A DNA stretch of 64,000 bases from Candidatus Nomurabacteria bacterium. Its GTDB lineage: Bacteria > Patescibacteriota > Dojkabacteria > SC72 > JAHDCA01. The stretch covers positions 136,762 through 200,761 of the forward strand of contig JACKFQ010000001.1 in assembly GCA_020632395.1 (NCBI GenBank). The letters are read 5' to 3'. Below the pieces are notes generated by a model that searched no databases, was not told the DNA's origin, and worked only from the letters and a program-made list of their open reading frames with translations. This document shows, piece by piece, positions 20,164-29,902 of this stretch; within the stretch, counting starts at the first letter, position 1; every line of letters starts with the position of its first letter. Position numbers and translations under genes: made by a program.

Positions 20164-20269
20164 CGTTGGATCTCTTACAAAAGTAATATACCAACTTCAT
20201 ATTATAGCATACTATGGGTTATCTGTCACCTGCTATATAATTCAAAAATACTTTAATAACGATATAATT

Positions 20270-21193
20270 ATGAGAAATTTCTTGAACGGCTTTCTTATGG
20301 GTGCAGCTGAGATACTTCCGGCTATCAATGGTTCGATTGTCGCATTGCTTTTAGGAGTATACGAGAAGAGGATCGAACAGATCGCGGTGATAATGAATTC
20401 GTTTAAGAAGATCCTTTCTGATCTACGAAAAGGAAAGATAACAAAATTATCCGAAATCATTAAAGGATGGGACATCACATTCATAGGAGCTGCTACTGTG
20501 GGACTTGTTATCGGTACGATCGCGCTTACATTTGTGGTTATGGGAATCTTTGAGAATACCCCGCACTATGCACTAGCGTTCATCATGGGGCTTGTGGTAG
20601 CGGTTATTCCTATTCCGATACATTACATTGATAAAAAATACGTTTTGTATCTTTTTACTGCTGTTTTTGCAGTATTGTCGTGGTACTTATTAGGTATGCA
20701 AAATGTTGATATATCACAGCCAAGTCCAATATACTTAGCTTTCGCCGGGTTTACAGCTCTTTCCGGGATGATCGTACCCGGACTCAGCGGGTCGTTTATT
20801 CTTTTGGTACTTGGGGTCTATTACAGCGTGATATCCAATATCAAAGACATCATTACTTTCAATTTCGACCTACAAATAATTATCAATATCACAGCTTTTT
20901 CACTAGGTTCTATAAGCGGATTAGCAATATCCTCAAAATTGATCAAGCACCTCATGGATAATCATATAGCAGTTTTCATGTCTGTGATATTGGGATTGGT
21001 GATCGGATCGTTCAGAGAGGTATACCCGTTTGTGATAAATACAGCTCAAGATGGCTTGGAATTAGAAAAAGTAGCAATCAATTCATTTGATAGTAAGCAA
21101 TTGGTATTCATGGCGATCTTATTTCTGATCCCTGCTGTTTCTCTCGGATATTCCAATATAAAGAAGATACGTTCTGGTGAATTTAATGTCTAA
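20270..21193 (+). CDS. DUF368-family polytopic membrane protein (polyprenyl-phosphate transporter-like)
   Basis: ORF 20126-21193. The likely start is the internal MRNFLNGFLMGAAEILPAINGS... Multiple TM helices. Confidence 0.5.
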   Translation: MRNFLNGFLMGAAEILPAINGSIVALLLGVYEKRIEQIAVIMNSFKKILSDLRKGKITKLSEIIKGWDITFIGAATVGLVIGTIALTFVVMGIFENTPHYALAFIMGLVVAVIPIPIHYIDKKYVLYLFTAVFAVLSWYLLGMQNVDISQPSPIYLAFAGFTALSGMIVPGLSGSFILLVLGVYYSVISNIKDIITFNFDLQIIINITAFSLGSISGLAISSKLIKHLMDNHIAVFMSVILGLVIGSFREVYPFVINTAQDGLELEKVAINSFDSKQLVFMAILFLIPAVSLGYSNIKKIRSGEFNV

Positions 21194-21386
21194 TGAACAC
21201 TATTTCAGATATAAAGCTCACGCATGGGGTTGGAAATCCAAACCAATTCCAGAGATCAGCATCTTCTCTTCTATAACCGTAGGATCCATCTAAAAATACT
21301 ATTAAAGATCCATTAATAACTAATCAGCTTTAGTTAAGAAATTGAAAAACCTTATTAGGGAAAGAGTAACTGAAAACTCCTACCGA

Positions 21387-22955
21387 CTATAAGTTAGCTG
21401 GTAGGAGGGATCGCCCCATCATCTCATCTGGTTTCCTGATATTCATAAGATCCAATATCGTAGGAGCAATATCTGATAATTGACCGTATGGGAGGTTGTC
21501 CTTCTTCAAAGAGCTATTTATGATCATAAACGGTACGGGATTGAGTGAATGCTCAGTATCGATATCATTTGTACCAACTTTGATCACCTCCTCCACATTC
21601 CCATGATCAGCTGTTAAGATAACAGTGCCACCAAGTGAGGTGAACTGCTTTACGAGCTGATCGACGACATGATCCACGACTTGTACGCTTCTGATGCACG
21701 CTTGAAGATTTCCTGTGTGTCCGACCATATCAGTATTTGCTAGATTTAGGACAACAAAATCATAGATGTTCAGATTCAGTCGTTGTTTAAGGATCGTAAG
21801 GATCTCCATAGCACTCATCTCGGGTTTTCGATCGTAAGTAGGTACATTTGGTGATGGTACCTCGATCCTATCTTCACCGGAATACTTGATAGAAAGACCA
21901 CCATTGAAGAAATAAGTCACATGTGGGAACTTTTCGGATTCGGCGATACGTAGTTGTCTCATTCCATTCTCAGAAATGATCCTACCTAATGAAAGATTTA
22001 CATATTCTTTTGGCATGATCACATGATTTGGATAATCTTTTCGGTATGAGACCATAGATGCAAAGAAGATATTTTGTAATGCTTTTGTCTGGAATGAATC
22101 AAATCTTTCAGATAAGAACGCCTCAGTTAATTGTAATGCCCTATCAGCACGATAGTTCAAGAAAAGAATAACGTCATTACTTGTGATGACAGGCACATTT
22201 TGGTCTTTTTTGATAATTGAGGGCTTGATATATTCGTCTGTAAAACCTTTGAGATATGAATTATTAAGAGCATCTTCCCAATTGTTGAACAATTCTCCTT
22301 TACCAAGAGTGAGTAGGTCATATGCTAATTTTGTTCTATCCCAATTGTTATTTCGATCCATAGCATATGCTCTCCCTATTATCGAAGCAATATGTCCAAA
22401 TCCCGTATCATTGATCTGCTTGTTAAGGATCTGGAAGAATCTTCGTGCTTCTTTTGGAGGGCTATCTCGTCCATCAGTAAAGCAGTGGAAATATATGGGG
22501 TTTTTTACTGCTCTTTGTACAAAGAATTTGTGAGTAGCTAAAAAGTGATCTATATGGGAATGTACTCCACCGTCGCTGAAACATCCTATGATATGTATGT
22601 TCGAACCATTTGTTTGGGCGTGTTGTAGTGCTGAAAGAAGTGTTGTATTGGAATAATATGCCCCAGTCTCGATAGCGCGATTTATCTTGGGTAAGTTTTG
22701 TAATATGACCTTTCCTGCACCGATGTTAAGATGGCCAACCTCACTATTGCCGTATATTCCCTCCGGTAATCCTACAGCTGGCCCGGAGGCTTGAAGATAT
22801 GTATGTGGATACGAATCCCAGTATCTTATGAGATTTTCAGGTCTGGCAAGAGTCACCGCATTCCCTTTATCTACAGGGGCAGCACCTAATCCGTCCATAA
22901 TTATTAGCATCACTTTTTGGGAAAGTAGACCTTCATTCATATAGCATTCCGACAA
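21387..22955 (-). CDS. gpmI: 2,3-bisphosphoglycerate-independent phosphoglycerate mutase
   Basis: 522 aa with LIIMDGLG, GNSEVGHLNIGAGK and ADHGN motifs. Confidence 0.85.
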   Translation of the reverse strand: MSECYMNEGLLSQKVMLIIMDGLGAAPVDKGNAVTLARPENLIRYWDSYPHTYLQASGPAVGLPEGIYGNSEVGHLNIGAGKVILQNLPKINRAIETGAYYSNTTLLSALQHAQTNGSNIHIIGCFSDGGVHSHIDHFLATHKFFVQRAVKNPIYFHCFTDGRDSPPKEARRFFQILNKQINDTGFGHIASIIGRAYAMDRNNNWDRTKLAYDLLTLGKGELFNNWEDALNNSYLKGFTDEYIKPSIIKKDQNVPVITSNDVILFLNYRADRALQLTEAFLSERFDSFQTKALQNIFFASMVSYRKDYPNHVIMPKEYVNLSLGRIISENGMRQLRIAESEKFPHVTYFFNGGLSIKYSGEDRIEVPSPNVPTYDRKPEMSAMEILTILKQRLNLNIYDFVVLNLANTDMVGHTGNLQACIRSVQVVDHVVDQLVKQFTSLGGTVILTADHGNVEEVIKVGTNDIDTEHSLNPVPFMIINSSLKKDNLPYGQLSDIAPTILDLMNIRKPDEMMGRSLLPANL

Positions 22956-23040
22956 TAGTTAAATTCATTGTGGCACATTTCTGTAAATTATTCTATAATC
23001 TCCCCAATCCGTTAGTAGATAAGATATTTCCAGAAAGATA

Positions 23041-23532
23041 ATGAACACAGATATCATTAATACAGTTCAAAAAACTCAACTGCAAGATCGTCCTGATATG
23101 CAAGTAGGCGATACAGTGAAACTTCATATGAGGATCACAGAAGGTGAAAAATCCAGGATCCAGATTTTTGAAGGGATCGTATTAGCTATAAAAGGTAGTG
23201 GGATGGATCAGACAGTGACAGTTCGAAAGATTTCTTTTGGTGTAGGTGTGGAAAAAATAGTCCCTGTTCATTCTCCAACATTAGAAAAGATCGAGGTAGT
23301 TAAGCGTGGTAAAGTAAGACAATCAAAGATCTACTATATGAGAGATCGTATCGGTAGAAAAGCAATGAAGATAAAAGGTTCAGAGCTTATGCCTATAGAT
23401 GACCAGAAAATTGTCGAAAAAGAACAAGAACTATCAGATCAGACAGAAGCTCAAGATCAAGCAGAAGTTGTTGCAGAAGAAGTCGGATCTACATCCGATA
23501 CATCTTCACAAGAACCTGTCAGTGAAGAATAA
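23041..23532 (+). CDS. rplS: Ribosomal protein L19 with an ~45-aa acidic/Ser-Thr-rich C-terminal extension
   Basis: The L19 core (GDTVKLHMRITEGEKSRIQIFEGIVLAIKG...) is followed by QTEAQDQAEVVAEEVGSTSDTSSQEPVSEE. Confidence 0.85.
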   Translation: MNTDIINTVQKTQLQDRPDMQVGDTVKLHMRITEGEKSRIQIFEGIVLAIKGSGMDQTVTVRKISFGVGVEKIVPVHSPTLEKIEVVKRGKVRQSKIYYMRDRIGRKAMKIKGSELMPIDDQKIVEKEQELSDQTEAQDQAEVVAEEVGSTSDTSSQEPVSEE

Positions 23533-23550
23533 TCGCAGGATCGATAATAT

Positions 23551-23624
23551 GCGGGAGTAGTTCAATTGGCTAGAATGTCTCCCTTCCAAGGAGAAGGTTG
23601 CGGGTTCGACCCCCGTCTCCCGCT
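23551..23624 (+). tRNA. tRNA-Gly (anticodon TCC)
   Basis: GCGGGAGTAGTTCAATTGGCTAGAATGTCTCCCTTCCAAGGAGAAGGTTGCGGGTTCGACCCCCGTCTCCCGCT. Confidence 0.8.
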
Positions 23625-23747
23625 TTTTGAGAATTTTTACTCTAAAGATTTTCAAAATGAAATGAGACCTATCAGTGGGATCTTGGTGGAATTGTTGATG
23701 CGGTCTGCAACTTAAGAGCTTAGTAATTTAATTCTTAATAATCTAAT

Positions 23748-24242
23748 ATGAATAAAAATACTATTATGTTTGGGATCTCAGTTATCGGTCTTACAGGACT
23801 TGTCTTCTACCTACTTCTAAATACAAATATCCAAACTCCTGCACAACAAGGTACGAATGTCGACAATACAACAGATTCAACTAGGTCTACTACTGATACA
23901 CCTCAAGGCGAGGATGTAGAAGAACTACTTACAGAAATCATAACAGAGGGTAATGGAGAAGAAGCAAAAGAGGGTGACACAGTAACAGTTCACTATACTG
24001 GTACTTTGCTCAATGGCTCAAAATTTGATAGCTCTCTGGATAGAGATCAACCTTTTTCATTCACATTGGGATCTGGTCAAGTGATCCAAGGTTGGGAACA
24101 AGGTGTATTGGGTATGAAAGTAGGAGAAGTAAGGAAGATCACTATACCTTCTGAACTTGGTTATGGTCCCGAGGGTAGACCTCCTGCAATTCCTGGAGGA
24201 TCTGCACTTGTGTTCGAAATAGAGCTACTTTCTGTAGAGTAA
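23748..24242 (+). CDS. FKBP-type peptidyl-prolyl cis-trans isomerase with an N-terminal TM anchor
   Basis: [21 protein letters not shown]...[26 protein letters not shown]. Confidence 0.8.
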   Translation: MNKNTIMFGISVIGLTGLVFYLLLNTNIQTPAQQGTNVDNTTDSTRSTTDTPQGEDVEELLTEIITEGNGEEAKEGDTVTVHYTGTLLNGSKFDSSLDRDQPFSFTLGSGQVIQGWEQGVLGMKVGEVRKITIPSELGYGPEGRPPAIPGGSALVFEIELLSVE

Positions 24243-24305
24243 GTATAATCCTGTATCTTAGAGCCATTTTTTGCTATAATAAAGTACTAAATATTAGTAC
24301 TTGTT

Positions 24306-25829
24306 ATGAAAGATATAAAACTTCCTACAGTTACTAAGAAAGCAAACTCATCTGATGATTTTGCCACAAATGTCACTATCCAAAATAGTAGTAATACTCC
24401 TTTGAGAACAGTTAAGCCACCTTCAATTACCGGCAAAACTAACGATGATCCTTCACAAAATGTTCCCAAATCTCCTACTGTATCGATCTCAACAAAAAAA
24501 AGTTCCGCTCTAGTAGATGATGCACGACCAAAAAAGGGCGGAACCTCTTCAAAGATCCAATCCGAAGAAAAAAATACTGCTGAATTTCAGAATGACCAAG
24601 CCTCAGTTGCCGACAATAATAATGATACCAATCACCTGAATATTATTACTGATCTACAAAATCCAGATACCAACTCTTCTCACCAAGTCTCAAGTAGTGA
24701 TGATCAGCAACAAGACGCTATACAGCCAAAAACTAATGCCCAACAAAATACCTCTACACAACAACAAACCAACCCACAGGCCACTCCACAGCAACAGATA
24801 GATCAACAACCAGTCTCTAACCACCAGCAAACCGCTACCCAGAAAGCCCCCAATCAGCAAGTACACAATCAGCAAGTAAACAATCAGCAAAACCAAAGTC
24901 AGCAACAACGATCAAGTGGTGCACAGATGCAACAAGGTACTGTAGGGAATATGGGTCTTGGAGGGTTTGGTGGAGGATTGGGTGGAGGATTGGGTGCAGG
25001 ATTTGGTGGAGGCAATACAGGAGGTTTTAGAAATGATCTCGGCGGAGGTGGATTTGGTTCCAATTCCATAGGTGCAGATCCGTGGGCAGATCCGTGGTCT
25101 GACCCTTGGAGCGCAGATCCCCGAGGAGGTCAGCAAAATTGGGGTAATCCTAATGCAAATCAACCACCAAAACAGCTGACACCTGCTGAAAGGGTTGAAA
25201 TGATCGAAAAAGTATATCAGGATGTGTTAAATAGAAAGCCAGATACTCGTGATATTAACTACTATAAATACAGCACACTTGGAGAGAATGAGATCATAGC
25301 TCAACTACTGGTAGGTAAAGAGCACGTCCAATTATTGCAGGATGGGAAGGATTATAAAAAGATGAAGGATAGAGCGGAACAAGCTGAGACTAGAGTGAAA
25401 ATGCTAGAGGGACAAATAAAAGATCAGCTAGAAGAATTCAGTAGTCTCGCAGATCTTCTTGAGGAAAAGAATCGATTAATACAACAGTTACGTAGAGATC
25501 AAAACAATCCATACAGCTTCCAAAGCCCCAAATCCTCAATACCACAGTTTATAGAGAATCATGATACTGGTAAAAAGCTCGATGTTGAGTCAACAACAAA
25601 CGACCAATACGAATCACTCCCGACTGATGATTCTAATACAACGACTCTTGATCCGGATAATCGATCTGGTTCAGATCCAGTTGGTCTACATACAGAAAAG
25701 GAGGTTGACACTTCATCAGTAGCCGGTTTCTCAGTTCCGATGTTTTCTGACAGTATTGGGAGTTCAGCGATTAAAAAACGAACAAAAAGCTTGAAAGACA
25801 AGATAATAGAACTTTTCTCTGTGCAGTGA
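24306..25829 (+). CDS. Low-complexity protein (Q/N-rich, Gly-rich GLGGFGGG tract, DPW repeats) with a DUF4214-like domain and a coiled coil
   Basis: 507 aa. Residues ~130-210 are Q/N/T-rich. A G/F/L-rich tract comes next, then DPWADPWSDPWSADP, then IEKVYQDVLNRKPDTRDINYYKY (DUF4214-like). Confidence 0.5.
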   Translation: MKDIKLPTVTKKANSSDDFATNVTIQNSSNTPLRTVKPPSITGKTNDDPSQNVPKSPTVSISTKKSSALVDDARPKKGGTSSKIQSEEKNTAEFQNDQASVADNNNDTNHLNIITDLQNPDTNSSHQVSSSDDQQQDAIQPKTNAQQNTSTQQQTNPQATPQQQIDQQPVSNHQQTATQKAPNQQVHNQQVNNQQNQSQQQRSSGAQMQQGTVGNMGLGGFGGGLGGGLGAGFGGGNTGGFRNDLGGGGFGSNSIGADPWADPWSDPWSADPRGGQQNWGNPNANQPPKQLTPAERVEMIEKVYQDVLNRKPDTRDINYYKYSTLGENEIIAQLLVGKEHVQLLQDGKDYKKMKDRAEQAETRVKMLEGQIKDQLEEFSSLADLLEEKNRLIQQLRRDQNNPYSFQSPKSSIPQFIENHDTGKKLDVESTTNDQYESLPTDDSNTTTLDPDNRSGSDPVGLHTEKEVDTSSVAGFSVPMFSDSIGSSAIKKRTKSLKDKIIELFSVQ

Positions 25830-25851
25830 TTAAGTTAATGGTATCGGTTGG

Positions 25852-26160
25852 ATGGAAATTCATATCGGCGAAAAAATAAAAGAATATAGGGAAAAAGCTG
25901 GAGTATCACAAAAGAAATTGGGTATGTCTCTTGGATTATCTGATAAAGCTATAAGCGCATATGAAAGCGGAAGAACACTTCCACCACTCGAAACCCTTAA
26001 TCGTATTGCTGTAGAACTTAAACGGCCCTTATCCTTCTTCTTATCTGACAGCAACAATATACGCTTAGACGAGAGATTAGAAAGTATCGAGAATACACTA
26101 AAAAAGCTTACAAAGGAGATAAACAAGCTGAAAAAGGAATTGCGATACCCCGAAGAATGA
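25852..26160 (+). CDS. XRE-family HTH transcriptional regulator with a C-terminal coiled coil
   Basis: QKKLGMSLGLSDKAISAYESGRTLP is a canonical HTH_XRE. Confidence 0.6.
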   Translation: MEIHIGEKIKEYREKAGVSQKKLGMSLGLSDKAISAYESGRTLPPLETLNRIAVELKRPLSFFLSDSNNIRLDERLESIENTLKKLTKEINKLKKELRYPEE

Positions 26161-26163
26161 GCA

Positions 26164-26991
26164 TCATTCTGTACCGTTTGTGAAAGAGTCGAGTTCAGCA
26201 GAGGACAACGGCTCTTTTTCTTGTCTTTGAGTGGTTATACTGTCGATCTCCGTTCGTAACTGATTGGCTTTGGCTTCATCCTGAGCTTCAATTGCAGAGT
26301 ATAATTGCACATTTGTATCCCAGTATGATCTGATAAGCTGTAAATACTCCCTTGTGACAGTTAAATGTGCACTATATGGTTCAATGATCAGACGCGCATC
26401 ATCTAAAAGTCTATGGCATTTAGTGACTTCTGATGAGATGATCGCCGAAGTTTCTTTAAGATCGATACCATCATAACAGGTAAGTGCGCTCTGATAGGAA
26501 TTGTTGAAATCGATCGTAAACCTCTCCCTATCTATCCGTTCAAGAGTTATACGGTATTTTTCTGTGGCACTATCAAGTCGTATCAATTGATTTTCAGCAT
26601 CAAATATATACTCATCAGCTAGATCTAGAGTGGCGATCTGCTCGTATTCATAATATATCTGTTCGTTTATCAGGATGGCTTGAGTATAAAGCGCAGAAAG
26701 ATCAGCCAGTAAGTTCTTTCTCTCATCAAGATCAGATGCTGAAACAAGGGTCTCGTTCAAAGAGGTGATATTGTCATCGATCAGATTAAGCTTTTCATTT
26801 CCATCTGATATCTGTGAGGAAAGCTGTTCGTAAGTTTCCACATCAACCGTGATAAGTCCATCCTGACGATCTATGACCCATACAATTAGTGCGATCACAA
26901 AGGCTGTAAATATCAGAGTCGTGAGATAAATTACAACCATCAATCTTCGATTCATTATATTTGGGGTGGTTTGAGCCAGATCTTGAGCCAT
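26164..26991 (-). CDS. Membrane-anchored coiled-coil protein (operon gene 5)
   Basis: 275 aa. N-terminal TM (LMVVIYLTTLIFTAFVIALIVWVI) followed by a long helical region. It overlaps the upstream gene by 37 nt. Confidence 0.4.
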   Translation of the reverse strand: MAQDLAQTTPNIMNRRLMVVIYLTTLIFTAFVIALIVWVIDRQDGLITVDVETYEQLSSQISDGNEKLNLIDDNITSLNETLVSASDLDERKNLLADLSALYTQAILINEQIYYEYEQIATLDLADEYIFDAENQLIRLDSATEKYRITLERIDRERFTIDFNNSYQSALTCYDGIDLKETSAIISSEVTKCHRLLDDARLIIEPYSAHLTVTREYLQLIRSYWDTNVQLYSAIEAQDEAKANQLRTEIDSITTQRQEKEPLSSAELDSFTNGTE

Positions 26992-27644
26992 GTTAAGAAC
27001 TTTTTCCCTAAGAAATAGATAATAACGAGAAAAACTATGGCAAGTAATATCAACACGATAACTCGAATGATCACCAACATAACTCTATTGGGATGACTTG
27101 GAGTGACTAAGAGGTTCTCATCTATGTCGATACGTACAGTGTCTGTTGAGGAATAGTTTCTACCATAGCCCCAATCTGTCACGTTGACCGTTATGGTATA
27201 TGGACCTGATTGAGCTGGTTTGAGGTAACCCGTGACTGTGGTCTCTGTATCTTTTGGTAGTGGGAAGAAATTCTTATACTTTGTATCGTCTATACTCACC
27301 CCATATCCATATTCCCATGTTACCTCTGTCCTGCTAGCGTCGATCTTTGAACGGATCGTTACTGTCAAAGGAACTTTTCCATTCCATGGTGATTGTGGAC
27401 CAACAGATATATCAACAAAAAATGGGTCTAGGATCTTACCATTCTCGTCTGTGGTTGTATCAATACTATCCATCTGTTCTGGAATATCAGGTGAATTATC
27501 GTAGACATTTTGATCTTGAAGAATTTCTTCCGCACCATCAGGTGGCGTATCATCTTTCTGTGCGGAAACAATAGAAGGATCAAACACCGTATTGAGCAAG
27601 ACTAAAAGTATCGGTATCGCTAACAGTAGAGACAAATTTTTCAT
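26955..27644 (-). CDS. Secreted PKD/Ig-like domain protein with a C-terminal TM anchor (operon gene 4)
   Basis: Signal peptide, PKD-like WEYGYG...TITVNVTDWGYG, and C-terminal TM VMLVIIRVIVLILLAIVFLVIIYFL. Confidence 0.45.
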   Translation of the reverse strand: MKNLSLLLAIPILLVLLNTVFDPSIVSAQKDDTPPDGAEEILQDQNVYDNSPDIPEQMDSIDTTTDENGKILDPFFVDISVGPQSPWNGKVPLTVTIRSKIDASRTEVTWEYGYGVSIDDTKYKNFFPLPKDTETTVTGYLKPAQSGPYTITVNVTDWGYGRNYSSTDTVRIDIDENLLVTPSHPNRVMLVIIRVIVLILLAIVFLVIIYFLGKKFLTWLKIWLKPPQI

Positions 27645-27654
27645 AACTATTTTC

Positions 27655-28077
27655 TTATAATAACTTACCTACAGCTTTTGCAAATGTATAAAGTAGTTCC
27701 GAAACTTCGCTTTTATTAGGTGCGTACTGCTCATGTACTACCTTGTTTCGTATCTTGTGAGCATCCCATATCTTATTATACTCGATAGAAGTGAATAAGT
27801 ACTTTGCTTTTTTTAGATTATCTCCAAAAGTACCTGAATTTCCGAAATATGAATGAAAAGAATCAGCAGTTATATTATCCGCTCTTATTACAAGATCTCT
27901 TAACTCAGCTTCTGAAGTAGCATTGATAGAAGATAGGGCGCGTAGCATATCTAGCTTATCGAGTATGAGCCTCTTTTTGGGAGAAGCTTTTTTCATAATG
28001 AAACCCAGAAATACTCCACCACCAACTATTACTAAAAGTAGTATAAGGATTACATTATTTACGAGTAAGCCGTCCAT
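27655..28077 (-). CDS. Small membrane-anchored protein with a C-terminal HEPN/DUF4145-like Rx4H motif (IRNKVVHE) (operon gene 3)
   Basis: 140 aa. N-terminal TM, then a soluble helical domain containing KIRNKVVHEQY. Confidence 0.35.
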   Translation of the reverse strand: MDGLLVNNVILILLLVIVGGGVFLGFIMKKASPKKRLILDKLDMLRALSSINATSEAELRDLVIRADNITADSFHSYFGNSGTFGDNLKKAKYLFTSIEYNKIWDAHKIRNKVVHEQYAPNKSEVSELLYTFAKAVGKLL

Positions 28078-29902
28078 AGATCTTCTCGGAGAATAATTGA
28101 ATTAAAAATATCATTCCTACAAATAGTATCAGATTGATAATATTTATCATATGACCCCACCACCATGGAAATGAGATCTGAGGTGTCACAGAAACAAAGT
28201 CTTGTAATGTTGTACCGCGATCACTTACAGTATTCACCTGGATGTCTAGATCTTCAGGAGCTTTTGTAGAAATGGGTATACTATGTGTGAAAGTCTGACC
28301 GGGTAGGATGATAAGATCCGGTAGCGTCTCTTTCAGAACCCCATCTATAAGGATATTTGCAGATCTGACTATTGTGCTTCCATTATTCAATATCTCAATA
28401 GTAAATGATGAATTTGTATCAAATATGCTTGCTTCTTGGGTATAAGCGGATAATCCTATCGAATCGATAGGGGAAAAGGGTTGGTTCAATGGTGTTAACG
28501 AAAGCTCCTTAATGGTGTAGCTGTTGAATTGTGGATATGTAGGATCCAAACCTCTATACATCAGGTTGATCCTACTTAGTACAAAGTCATTGCTTTTGTT
28601 ATTACCATAAAGCTCAGCTTCATAAGTATCTAACTGCATCCATCCTGTGAGAGGATCCCAATACTCGACCCAAGTATGAGTAGTGCCAGGAGTTTTGTCA
28701 TCCATGATATCAAGTGTGTAACCAATCACTTGTCGTGAAGGAACTTTATTTTCGCGAAGGAGGCTTAGAGTGAGATCGACATAATCTTGTGGAGTAGCCT
28801 CAGTATTTCCTTTCAAGAGAACATCTCCACCCAAGCGATAAGTAAGCTCAGTTGATCTCGAAATGTCTAAGGACTCTGTCACCTTTGAGTTCACAGAATC
28901 GATAAATCTACTCCTCTCACCCTGCGTACTTTCACCCCAGTTCGTGATCGTAGGGAGATCTTCAATGTTAGGATCGGTTATTGACCAATAACCAGTTTCT
29001 ATGCTGTATAAAGGATTCAAGAACGGATTTGATAGTAGAGGTTCTGAGATGATCTTTTTAGTAATATTACCCAAAATAGATACTGATACTGTAGAAGAAG
29101 GCTGTAGAGTATACATCAGATCGAGATTACCCTCGCTATCTTCGTTTGATGAATCAGGAAGGGGGGTTATCTGCGTGATCGACAATAATTGTGATCTGTC
29201 TGACGGAGGAAGTGATATATGAAAACTTTTAGAAATACTGTCTGGATTGGTCAGTTCATGCGTTAATATGAATTTATACGGAATACTTTCGCCAGTCAGT
29301 AGATAGATATTCCATCTCGGTTCCTCGATGAAGTATTTTGTATAGTCAGTACGTGAGGATCTATCAGAGTAAGGACTGAGTAGATGAAGCTCGGTAGGCT
29401 CGGGGATCAATATCTCAGCTGAGGAGATCGAAGTACCTCCGAAATTAGTTGGAAGAGTGATCATTGTATCTTGTGGATCGTCCTTACTACTAAATTCATA
29501 GGTTGTTTGGATCAGTATGGGATCATTCTTTCGTGCGATCTCATTATTTAGATCGATCGTCACCTCAGTACCACTTGTGATCGGTTTAAGTTTTGTTTCT
29601 AAATATTTTGAAGATCTTCTCACCAAAATCTTAGATGGGGATGTGGTAGGCAACGTGATGGTTATGGTACGTATTGGAATTGGTGAATCACTACTATTTG
29701 AGACCACAGTTAGAAGAGTTCCATCGACTGTACCTCCAGGATCCCTTAGGTCATAGGTTAATGAGGATGAGATCGTCACACTATCTTCTACAGCAACTAC
29801 TTGTTGTGGAAGGATGTAAAAGAGTATTAAAAACAGAACGGAAAGACCTTTAGATCTCAATAGTGATCCCAGAATTTGCATATAACCATTCAAATTTTTC
29901 AT
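28055..29902 (-). CDS. Cysteine-free transglutaminase-like-domain surface protein with a C-terminal TM anchor (operon gene 2)
   Basis: 615 aa, no Cys anywhere. The HTWVEYWDPLTGWMQLDT block matches the TGase-core His/Asp region. N-terminal signal, C-terminal PWWWGHMINIINLILFVGMIFLI. Confidence 0.45.
   Translation of the reverse strand: MKNLNGYMQILGSLLRSKGLSVLFLILFYILPQQVVAVEDSVTISSSLTYDLRDPGGTVDGTLLTVVSNSSDSPIPIRTITITLPTTSPSKILVRRSSKYLETKLKPITSGTEVTIDLNNEIARKNDPILIQTTYEFSSKDDPQDTMITLPTNFGGTSISSAEILIPEPTELHLLSPYSDRSSRTDYTKYFIEEPRWNIYLLTGESIPYKFILTHELTNPDSISKSFHISLPPSDRSQLLSITQITPLPDSSNEDSEGNLDLMYTLQPSSTVSVSILGNITKKIISEPLLSNPFLNPLYSIETGYWSITDPNIEDLPTITNWGESTQGERSRFIDSVNSKVTESLDISRSTELTYRLGGDVLLKGNTEATPQDYVDLTLSLLRENKVPSRQVIGYTLDIMDDKTPGTTHTWVEYWDPLTGWMQLDTYEAELYGNNKSNDFVLSRINLMYRGLDPTYPQFNSYTIKELSLTPLNQPFSPIDSIGLSAYTQEASIFDTNSSFTIEILNNGSTIVRSANILIDGVLKETLPDLIILPGQTFTHSIPISTKAPEDLDIQVNTVSDRGTTLQDFVSVTPQISFPWWWGHMINIINLILFVGMIFLIQLFSEKIYGRLTRK

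Noticed and set aside
21200-21300. Possible tRNA or small RNA in the convergent spacer between the DUF368 gene and gpmI
   Set aside because: I could not build a cloverleaf by hand. There are only weak imperfect hairpins, more likely terminator or spacer sequence.
24690-25163. Two minus-strand ORFs (72 and 83 aa), Leu/Ser/Thr-rich
   Set aside because: Antisense to the Q/N-rich repetitive region of 24306-25829 and a by-product of the low-complexity sequence.
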